A stretch of DNA of 64,000 nt from Eledone cirrhosa (taxonomy: Eukaryota), in contig OZ024742.1 in NCBI GenBank assembly GCA_964016885.1, positions 41,292,001 to 41,356,000 on the forward strand, given 5' to 3'. The stretch's first letter is position 1. Each line of letters begins with the position of its first letter. The notes under the pieces were generated by a model. It saw only the letters and a list, made by a program, of their open reading frames with translations, was not told where the DNA came from and ran no database searches. A program made the translations under genes and the position numbers. Of the stretch, positions 37,401 to 49,400 are shown piece after piece.

Positions 37401-40400
37401 CTGTGACCATGCTGGGGCACTGCCTTGATACTCAGTCAGTCATATTGACTCGAGTAACATATTTTTAAAGTCCAGTCCATATTTTATCGAATTCTTTTTG
37501 TTGAACTGCTAAGTTTGAGACATAAACACACATATACATATCATCATCATCATTTAACATCACCTTCATTGCTAGTAAGAGTTGGATTGTTCATCACAGA
37601 CCAAGTCAGACGAGTACTGCACAAGGGATGAAGGGAGGGGAGGAGAAACTGAAACCTACCTCCGAGGAAAAGCATGCTCGAAAAAAGAACAACGCAGTAG
37701 CATGGGAGGAGAGCATCTACAAATGTAGCTGTTGTATTTGGGACTGCCACTCCTGTGTGAGCCTAATCAGTCACAGCAGACACTGCACTGTCATCATCAG
37801 CTGACACAAGATTCTTCAGGCGCAGATCCATGGTCTTTTGAGACCGAACGATGCCAATAATAAGACAAAAAGACACAAACACACACATACATATATTGGT
37901 GCCCTAGCATGGCTGCTGTATAATGACTGAAACCAGTTAAAGAATAAAAGAATACAACAGACTTTTGTAGTTTCGGTCTACCAAATTCCACTCACAAGGC
38001 ATTAGTCAACCCATGGCTATAGTAGAAGACACTTGCCCAAGGTGCAATGTAGTGTGATACAAATATTGGTCAATCCATGGCTATAGTAGAAGACACTTAC
38101 CCAAGGTGCAATGTAGTGTGATACAAGGCATTGGTCAACCCATGGCTGTAGTAGAAGACACTTGCCCAAGGTGCAATGTAGTGTGATACAAGGCATTGGT
38201 CAACCCATGGCTATAGTAGAAGACACTTGCCCAAGGTGCAATGTAGTGTGATACAAGGCATTGGTCAACCCATGGCTATAGTAGAAGACACTTGCCCAAA
38301 GTGCAATGTAGTGTGATACAAGGCATTGGTCAGCCCATGGCTATAGTAGAAGACACTTGCCCAAGGTGCAATGTAGTGATACAAATATTGGTCAATCCAT
38401 GGCTATAGTAGAAGACACTTACCCAAGGTGCAATGTAGTGTGATACAAGGCATTGGTCAACCCATGGCTATAGTAGAAGACACTTGCCCAAGGTGCAATG
38501 TAGTGTGATACAAGGCATTGGTCAACCCATGGCTATAGTAGAAGACACTTACCCAAGGTGCAATGTAGTGTGATACAAGGCATTGGTCAACCCATGGCTA
38601 TAGTAGAAGACACTTGCCCAAGGTGCAATGTAGTGTGATACAAGGCATTGGTCAACCCATGGCTATAGTAGAAGACACTTGCCCAAGGTGCAATATAGTG
38701 TGATACAAGGCATTGGTCAACCCATGGCTATAGTAGAAGACACTTACCCAAGGTGCAATGTAGTGTGATACAAGGCATTGGTCAACCCATGGCTATAGTA
38801 GAAGACACTTGCCCAAGGTACAATGTAGTGTGATACAAGGCATTGGTCAACCCATGGCTATAGTAGAAGACACTTGCCCAAGGTGCAATGGAGTGTGATA
38901 CAAGGCATTGGTCAACCCATGGCTATAGTAGAAGACACTTGCCCAAGGTGCAATGTAGTGTGATACAAGGCATTGATCAACCCATGGCTATAGTAGAAGA
39001 CACTTGCCTAAGGTGCAATGGAGTGTGATACAAGGCATTGGTCAACCCATGGCTATAGTAGAAGAGACTTGCCCAAGGTGCAATGTAGTGTGATACAAGG
39101 CTATAGTAGAAGACACTTGCCTAAGGTGCAATGTAGTGTGATACAAGGCATTGGTCAACCCATGGCTATAGTAGAAGAGACTTGCCCAAGGTACAATATA
39201 GTGTGATACAAGGCATTGGTCAACCCATGGCTATAGTAGAAGACACTTGCCCAAGGTGCAATGTAGTGTGATACAAGGCATTGGTCAACCCATGGCTATA
39301 GTAGAAGACACTTGCCCAAGGTGCAATGTAGTGTGATACAAGGCATTGATCAACCCATGGCTATAGTAGAAGACACTTACCCAAGGTGCAATGTAGTGTG
39401 ATACAAGGCATTGGTCAACCCATGGCTATAGTAGAAGACACTTGCCCAAGGTGCAATGTAGTGTGATACAAGGCATTGGTCAACCCATGGCTATAGTAGA
39501 AGACACTTGCCCAAGGTGCAATGTAGTGTGATACAAGGCATTGGTCAACCCATGGCTATAGTAGAAGACACTTGCCCAAGGTGCAATGTAGTGTGATACA
39601 AGGCATTGGTCAACCCATGGCTATAGTAGAAGACACTTACCCAAGGTGCAATGTAGTGTGATACAAGGCATTGGTCAACCCATGGCTATAGTAGAAGACA
39701 CTTGCCCAAGGTGCAATATAGTGTGATACAAGGCATTGGTCAACCCATGGCTATAGTAGAAGACACTTACCCAAGGTGCAATGTAGTGTGATACAAGGCA
39801 TTGGTCAACCCATGGCTATAGTAGAAGACACTTGCCCAAGGTACAATGTAGTGTGATACAAGGCATTGGTCAACCCATGGCTATAGTAGAAGACACTTGC
39901 CCAAGGTGCAATGTAGTGTGATACAAGGCATTGGTCAACCCATGGCTATAGTAGAAGACACTTGCCCAAGGTGCAATGTAGTGTGATACAAGGCATTGGT
40001 CAACCCATGGCTATAGTAGAAGACACTTGCCCAAGGTGCAATGGAGTGTGATACAAGGCATTGGTCAACCCATGGCTATAGTAGAAGACAGTTGCCCAAG
40101 GTGCAATGGAGTGTGATACAAGGCATTGGTCAACCCATGACTATAGTAGAAGACACTTGCCCAAGGAGCAATGTAGTGTGATACAAGGCATTGGTCAACC
40201 CATGGCTATAGTAGAAGACACTTGCCCAAGGTGCAATGGAGTGTGATACAAGGCATTGGTCAACCCATGGCTATAGTAGAAGACACTTGCCCAAGGTGCA
40301 ATGGAGTGTGATACAAGGCATTGATCAACCCATGGCTATAGTAGAAGACACTTGCCCAAGGAGCAATGTAGTGTGATACAAGGCATTGGTCAACCCATGA

Positions 40401-43400
40401 CTATAGTAGAAGACACTTGCCCAAGGAGCAATGTAGTGTGATACAAGGCATTGGTCAACCCATGGCTATAGTAGAAGACACTTGCCCAAGGTGCAATGGA
40501 GTGTGATACAAGGCATTGATCAACCCATGGCTATAGTAGAAGACACTTGCCCAAGGTGCAATGTAGTATGATACAAGGCATTGGTCAACCCATGGCTATA
40601 GTAGAAGACACTTACCCAAGGAGCAATGTAGTGTGATACAAGGCATTGATCAACCCATGGCTATAGTAGAAGACACTTGCCCACGGTGCAATGTAGTGTG
40701 ATACAAGGCATTGGTCAACCCATGGCTATAGTAGAAGACACTTGCCCAAGGTGCAATGGAGTGTGATACAAGGCATTGATCAACCCATGGCTATAGTAGA
40801 AGACACTTGCCCAAGGTGCAATGTAGTATGATACAAGGCATTGGTCAACCCATGGCTATAGTGGAAGACACTTGCCCAAGGTGCAATGGAGTGTGATACA
40901 AGGCATTGGTCAACCCATGGCTATAGTAGAAGACACTTGCCCAAGGTGCAATGGAGTGTGATACAAGGCATTGATCAACCCATGGCTATAGTAGAAGACA
41001 CTTGCCCAAGGAGCAATGTAGTGTGATACAAGGCATTGGTCAACCCATGGCTATAGTAGAAGACACTTGCCCAAGGTGCAATGGAGTGTGATACAAGGCA
41101 TTGGTCAACCCATGGCTATAGTAGAAGACACTTGCCCAAGGTGCAATGGAGTGTGATACAAGGCATTGATCAACCCATGGCTATAGTAGAAGACACTTGC
41201 CCAAGGAGCAATGTAGTGTGATACAAGGCATTGGTCAACCCATGGATATAGTAGAAGACACTTGCCCAAGGTGCAATGGAGTATGATACAAGGCATTGAT
41301 CAACCCATGGCTATAGTAGAAGACACTTGCCCAAGGTGCAATGTAGTGTGATACAAGGCATTGGTTAACCCATGGCTATAGTAGAAGACACTTGCCCAAG
41401 GTACAATGTAGTGTGATACAAGGCATTGGTCAACCCATGGCTATAGTAGAAGACACTTGCCCAAGGTGCAATGGAGTGTGATACAAGGCATTGGTCAACC
41501 CATGGCTATAGTAGAAGACACTTGCCCAAGGTGCAATGGAGTGTGATACAAGGCATTGGTCAACCCATGGCTATAGTAGAAGACACTTGCCCAAGGTGCA
41601 ATGTAGTGTGATACAAGGCATTGGTCAACCCATGGCTATAGTAGAAGACACTTGCCCAAGGTGCAATGTAGTGTGATACAAGGCATTGGTCAACCCATGG
41701 CTATAGTAGAAGACACTTGCCCAAGGTGCAATGGAGTGTGATACAAGGCATTGGTCAACCCATGGCTATAGTAGAAGACAGTTGCCCAAGGTGCAATGGA
41801 GTGTGATACAAGGCATTGGTCAACCCATGACTATAGTAGAAGACACTTGCCCAAGGAGCAATGTAGTGTGATACAAGGCATTGGTCAACCCATGGCTATA
41901 GTAGAAGACACTTGCCCAAGGTGCAATGGAGTGTGATACAAGGCATTGGTCAACCCATGGCTATAGTAGAAGACACTTGCCCAAGGTGCAATGGAGTGTG
42001 ATACAAGGCATTGATCAACCCATGGCTATAGTAGAAGACACTTGCCCAAGGAGCAATGTAGTGTGATACAAGGCATTGGTCAACCCATGACTATAGTAGA
42101 AGACACTTGCCCAAGGAGCAATGTAGTGTGATACAAGGCATTGGTCAACCCATGGCTATAGTAGAAGACACTTGCCCAAGGTGCAATGGAGTGTGATACA
42201 AGGCATTGATCAACCCATGGCTATAGTAGAAGACACTTGCCCAAGGTGCAATGTAGTATGATACAAGGCATTGGTCAACCCATGGCTATAGTAGAAGACA
42301 CTTACCCAAGGAGCAATGTAGTGTGATACAAGGCATTGATCAACCCATGGCTATAGTAGAAGACACTTGCCCACGGTGCAATGTAGTGTGATACAAGGCA
42401 TTGGTCAACCCATGGCTATAGTAGAAGACACTTGCCCAAGGTGCAATGGAGTGTGATACAAGGCATTGATCAACCCATGGCTATAGTAGAAGACACTTGC
42501 CCAAGGTGCAATGTAGTATGATACAAGGCATTGGTCAACCCATGGCTATAGTAGAAGACACTTGCCCAAGGTGCAATGGAGTGTGATACAAGGCATTGGT
42601 CAACCCATGGCTATAGTAGAAGACACTTGCCCAAGGTGCAATGGAGTGTGATACAAGGCATTGATCAACCCATGGCTATAGTAGAAGACACTTGCCCAAG
42701 GAGCAATGTAGTGTGATACAAGGCATTGGTCAACCCATGGCTATAGTAGAAGACACTTGCCCAAGGTGCAATGGAGTGTGATACAAGGCATTGGTCAACC
42801 CATGGCTATAGTAGAAGACACTTGCCCAAGGTGCAATGGAGTGTGATACAAGGCATTGATCAACCCATGGCTATAGTAGAAGACACTTGCCCAAGGAGCA
42901 ATGTAGTGTGATACAAGGCATTGGTCAACCCATGGATATAGTAGAAGACACTTGCCCAAGGTGCAATGGAGTATGATACAAGGCATTGATCAACCCATGG
43001 CTATAGTAGAAGACACTTGCCCAAGGTGCAATGTAGTGTGATACAAGGCATTGGTTAACCCATGGCTATAGTAGAAGACACTTGCCCAAGGTACAATGTA
43101 GTGTGATACAAGGCATTGGTCAACCCATGGCTATAGTAGAAGACACTTGCCCAAGGTGCAATGGAGTGTGATACAAGGCATTGGTCAACCCATGGCTATA
43201 GTAGAAGACACTTGCCCAAGGTGCAATGGAGTGTGATACAAGGCATTGATCAACCCATGGCTATAGTAGAAGACACTTGCCCAAGGAGCAATGTAGTGTG
43301 ATACAAGGCATTAGTCAACCCATGGCTATAGTAGAAGACACTTGCCCAAGGTGCAATGGAGTGTGATACAAGGCATTGATCAACCCATGGCTATAGTAGA

Positions 43401-46400
43401 AGACACTTGCCCAAGGAGCAATGTAGTGTGATACAAGGCATTGGTCAACCCATGGCTATAGTAGAAGACACTTGCCCAAGGTGCAATGTAGTGTGATACA
43501 AGGCATTGGCTAACCCATGGCTATAGTAGAAGACACTTGCCCAAGGTACAATGTAGTGTGATACAAGGCATTGGTCAACCCATGGCTATAGTAGAAGACA
43601 CTTGCCCAAGGTGCAATGGAGTGTGATACAAGGCATTGGTCAACCCATGGCTATAGTAGAAGAGACTTGCCCAAGGTACAATGTAGTGTGATACAAGGCA
43701 TTGGTCAGCCCATGGCTATAGTAGAAGACACTTGCCCAAGGTGCAATGTAGTGTGATACAAGGCATTGGTCAACCCATGGCTATAGTAGAAGACACTTGC
43801 CCAAGGTGCAATGTAGTGTGATACAAGGCATTGGTCAACTCATGGCTATAGTAGAAGACACTTGCCCAAGGTGCAATGTAGTGTGATACAAGGCATTGGT
43901 CAACCCATGGCTATAGTAGAAGACACTTACCCAAGGTGCAATGTAGTGTGATACAAGGCATTGGTCAACCCATGGCTATAGTAGAAGACACTTGCCCAAG
44001 GTGCAATGTAGTGTGATACAAGGCATTGGTCAACCCATGGCTATAGTAGAAGACACTTGCCCAAGGTGCAATGGAGTGTGATACAAGGCATTGGTCAACC
44101 CATGGCTATAGTAGACACTTTCCCAAGGTGCAATGGAGTGTGATACAAGGCATTGGTCAACCCATGGCTATAGTAGAAGACACTTGCCCAAGGTACAATG
44201 TAGTGTGATACAAGGCATTGGTCAACCCATGGCTATAGTAGAAGACACTTGCCCAAGGTACAATGTAGTGTGATACAAGGCATTGGTCAACCCATGGCTA
44301 TAGTAGAAGACACTTGCCCAAGGTGCAATGTAGTGTGATACAGGGCATTGGTCAACCCATGGCTATAGTAGAAAACACTTACCCAAGGTGCAATGTAGTG
44401 TGATACAAGGCATTGGTCAACCCATGGCTATAGAAGACACTTGCCCAAGGTGCAATGTAGTGTGATACAAGGCATTGGTCAACCCATGGCTATAGTAGAA
44501 GACACTTACCCAAGGTGCAATGTAGTGTGATACAAGGCATTGGTCAACCCATGGCTATAGTAGAAGACACTTACCCAAGGTGCAATGTAGTGTGATACAA
44601 GGCATTGGTCAACCCATGACTATAGTAGAAGACACTTGCTCAAGGTGCAACGTAGTGTGATACAAGGCATTGGTCAACCCATGACTATAGTAGAAGACAC
44701 TTGCTCAAGGTGCAACGTAGTGTGATACACGGCATTGGTCAACCCATGACTATAGTAGAAGACACTTGCTCAAGGTGCAATGTAGTGTGATACAAGGCAT
44801 TGGTCAACCCATGACTATAGTAGAAGACACTTGCTCAAGGTGCAACGTAGTGTGATTGAACTCAAAACCACATGGATTTAAAAATAACACCTATTTAGTG
44901 AGTCTTGACATCAATTGTAAAGCTGTGTCTAATTCAAAGTCCTCTTTAACACCTACCTACCTAAGATCACCCATAGTAAAGTGTTCATATTTAAATTTAA
45001 ACCTCCAGCAAAATCTCTTTATAACAAAAATGATAATTGTTTCTACTTTAGGCACAAGGCCAGCAAACACCCAGTGCATTACTGGTACTTTATTTTATCG
45101 ACCCCGTAAGGATATGAAAGATGTCGGTCAACACTAGCATAATATACACCAATATTCCAAAGTTATTTTTTTTTCTATTGAACAAAGAAACTAAGTTATA
45201 TGAATTATCACTTTGCCTTCCAGCCATTCGGGGTCGATAAAATAAAGTACCAGTAATTGCTGGCCATGTGCCAAAAGTAGAAACAATTATCACTATAAAT
45301 TGGGGATATAAATCCATGAGGCAAAAAAAAAAAGTGGATAATCTTATTCACTTTTTTCCACTTTATGGATTTCTTTGCTCATCATCATCATCATCACCGT
45401 TTAATGTTCACTTTTCCACACTGGCATGGGTTAGGCGAGTTATCCTATTATGAGAAATGCCAGGTCAGGTGATCATGTCATGCTCATACAGAACCAATTT
45501 TGGCTTGGTTTCTACAGCTGGATGCCTTTCCTAGTGCCAACCTCATTTACAGTGTGGACTGGGTGCTTTTTGTCCTGATACCTTCATGGCCACTTTACAG
45601 TGTGGACTGGGTGCTTTTTGTTGTGACACCTACATGGCCACTTTACAGTGTGGACTGGTGCTTTTTGTTGTGACACCTACATGGCCACTTTACAGTGTGG
45701 ACTGGTGCTTTTTGTTGTGACACCTACATGGCCACTTTACAGTGTGGACTGGTGCTTTTTGTTGTGATACCTACAATGCCACTTTATAGTGTGGACTGGT
45801 GCTTTTTGTTGTGATACCTACATGGCCACTTTATAGTGTGGACTGGTGCTTTTTGTTGTGACACCTACATGGCCACTTTACAGTGTGGACTGGTGCTTTT
45901 TGTTGTGATACCTACATGGCCACTTTATAGTGTGGGCTGGGTGCTTTTATAGTAAAAGAAGCCATACTTTGAAATTTCAATCTCCCATGTACTTCATACA
46001 CTTTTTAATATACCAATAACTCCTTCCAAAAGCTTGTTTATCATTCTCATCATGCGTCCATTTTTCTAAACTGGCATGGGTTTTATAGGTTGTTACAGAC
46101 CCAGTCAGAGTTATTATCCTTCTAACTTGATTCTACTAGAGTCTGTATCTCGCTTACATTTTAACATGATTTCTATAGCTGGACATGAATACCAGAATGT
46201 ATGCTGAAAATTAATTGAAATGTTTACATGTTAAAATTATACTCATGAAAGTTTCACTTCAACCATCCACATATATTTGTGATTATCGGTCATTTAATCT
46301 TTGTACAGGAGGAGTATTGCAAAGATGTTGGCTGTCAAAAACTGCTGCATTCATCAAAGATTGAAATTTTGAAGCATAGATGGCGACACCCATCTCTCTC

Positions 46401-49400
46401 TCTTCATGGTAAATCTCCACTTTATATTTATTTAAGGGGTTAAAGTATTAATGCATGCCAAAAAAGGACAATACAATCAATAGCATTATCATAGAGAGGA
46501 TTCTTAATAATGGTAATGACTTTAATGGGATGATTAATGACCACATAGTTATAGAATCAAATTTAACCTCTTTCATAACGAACCACCTGAAACCAGCCCT
46601 GGTTTTATCCTTGCTGGACTTTCAAGAACTCTTATACTTCTGTATGGTTAAACTGATTCTAAATTTTTTAAAATCCAGTTTACACTCATTTCTGATCTGA
46701 AAAGTTTTCTTACAACAATTTAATCACTCAGACACAATGAAGTATAGTCACTTTACTTTATTAGAACATTATATTATGTATAATATAATTTGCAGCATAG
46801 TTATGGCCCTTTACGGTCTGAGTTCAAATCCTGCCAAGGTTAACTTTGCCTTTCATCCTTACAGAGTCGATAAAATAAAGTACCAGTAATGCCATGGGAT
46901 AATTGTTGGCCTTGTGCCAAAAGTAGGAACAATTATATTATGTATATATTTTTCTTTTTAGGCATTGAAGGAGCTTTCAGTGATCCTGGTGCAAAGACTG
47001 TAATTCCCAGAAAAGTGAAAGGAAAATTCTCCATTCGTATTGTGCCAAACCAAACTCCTGGTGAAGTGGTACAATTGGCTAAGTCCTATTTGGAGAAGTG
47101 TCACCAGACAAGGGGTTCACCCAACAAACTTCAGTAAGCAGAACGAACTCATTTTTGTAATTTCTTGTTTCTTTTGTACACTGCATCTATATCCTCCTCC
47201 TTATCATCAGTACTATCCCCACCATCATCATTTAATGTCCATTCTTTTTCCATGCTGGTATGGGCTGGACAGGTCATTACAGACCAAATCACTTCTTAAT
47301 TGGAACTAGTTTTCCCAGACAAGCTGAAGGCTCCACCTCATTTGTATACATTCCAATTTTGGCCTTGTTTTTACAACTTGATGCCCTTCCTATCATCAAT
47401 CACTTTACAGAATGTACTGGGTACATTTTATCATGGCATCAACGTTCGGTAAATTGCTATGTCCCTGATACCATTGAAGAGTCCTTCCAACCCTTTGACA
47501 AGTTTTCTATGGTTAGATGCCTATCTTATCACCAACCACTGTGCAGAGTGTATTGGGTGCATTTTATTGTGTCACCAATATATGGTTGTCATATCCTTAA
47601 CACAGCTGAAGAGTCTGCTCAACCCTTTTTTAGGCATGCTCCAATAAACCCGTAAATAAAAAAGCTAGGTATGCGGAAAACTACAATCCCGTTGATAAGC
47701 CCGGGTAACTTAAACTCAGACCACAAAGGGCCGCAAAGCATGACATCTGACCCTCTATCGAAGCTGTCAATAATGTGAACTCATCTGGTTAATTATGAGG
47801 TAAAGAACTTATTGTGTCATTATATTTTCCAGTTTTTTCTTTGGGTATAAGTACAGCAATAGGAGTCATCCAGGATCATAACAATCTATGAGCTGACAGC
47901 CTGCAACGATAGACACTAGTGTCTTCTTTGTTGAATGTCCACTTGATGCTGTTTGACAGTGATCAAAGAATGAGTTCAACTCTTAAATGATTAGATACTG
48001 CACACAAAAAAAAAGTAAGCCATTCTACCTGGCATTCGTCGATCTCGAGAAAGCCTTTGACAGAGTTACACGTGCTGTAATCTGGTGGGCTCTTAGAAAA
48101 CTAGGAGTAGATGAATGGCTTGTGAAAGCTGTACAAGCCATGTATAGGGGAGCAGTCAGCAAAGTTAGGATTAGCAATGAGTATAGCAAGGAATTTAGCG
48201 TACAGGTTGGTGTCCACCAGGGCTCTGTTCTTAGCCCTCTCCTGTTCATCATAGTCCTGCAGGCAATAACGGAGGAGTTTAAGACCGGATGCCCATAGGA
48301 ACTCCTGTATGCTGATGACCTCGCACTTATAGCTGAATCTATGTTAGAACTAAAGAAATTCCAAACTTGGAAGCAGGGACTAGAAAGAAAGGGTCTCAAA
48401 GTCAACATGACAAAGACTAAGGTCCTTGTAAGTAGACGAGAAAACAGTACCCAGATCCCCTCAGGGAAATGGCCTTGCTCAGTATGTAGGAAAGGTGTAG
48501 GTAGGAACTCCATTCTCTGCCCCAAATGCAAACAATGGGTACACAAGAGATGTAGCGGGATCTCAGGAAGCTTAATTAAGAATGTAGGCTTCACATGCAG
48601 CAGCTGTGCTGGGACAGCAAGCAGCAAACAGCCACAGGAAACAAGCATCACCAAACTCTGGGAGGGCTCTGTAGAAACAGTAGACAGCTTCTGCTACCTA
48701 GGTGACCGAATTAGCAGTGGGGGTGGGTGTTCAGAAAGTACAATAACTAGGGTAAGAGCAGGATGGAAGAAGTTCAGGGGACTACTGCCACTGCTAGCTG
48801 CAAAAGGCTTCTCCCTCAAAATGAAAGGCAGACTGTATGATGCATGTATCCGAACAGCAATGTTACATGGTCGTGAGACCTGGGCGCTGAAGGTGGAAGA
48901 CTTACGTAGATTAGAAAGAAACGAAGCCTGCATGCTCCGATGGATGTCTAATAGTAATATACGCGAACGACAAAGCATAAATGAATTGAGAGAGAGACTG
49001 AGCATAAGAGGAATCAAATGCTGTGTGCAGGAGAGGCGGTTGCGTTGGTATGGACATGTGATGCGTATGAAGGATGACAGCTGCATAAAAAGGTGCAGAG
49101 CACTAGAAGTCAATGGAAACCGCGGAGTGGGGAGATCCAAGATGACCTGGGATGAGGTGATAAAAGCCGACCTTACCCAATTACACTTCTCAAAGGCGAT
49201 GACACACGAGCATGACCTCTGGCGTCACGCAGTAATACAGAGTACCCGACCTCCCATGTGTACAAGCTGAAGCATATAGACAATATGCCCCCACACCCTC
49301 CCACTGCAAGGTGGTCGTGGAGGTGTCACGGCAAACAGCACCCAGCCCACACTGTAAAGTGGACGTGTAGGCGCCACGGAACAAGCACCCAGCACTCACT

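Noticed and set aside
41105-42986. Two identical 63-aa minus-strand ORFs
   Set aside because: By-products of the satellite's 1690-bp duplication, with no coding signal.
37994-44856. CRISPR-like array
   Set aside because: The units are contiguous near-identical 65-mers with no unique spacers, there are no cas genes, and the context is a eukaryotic intron.
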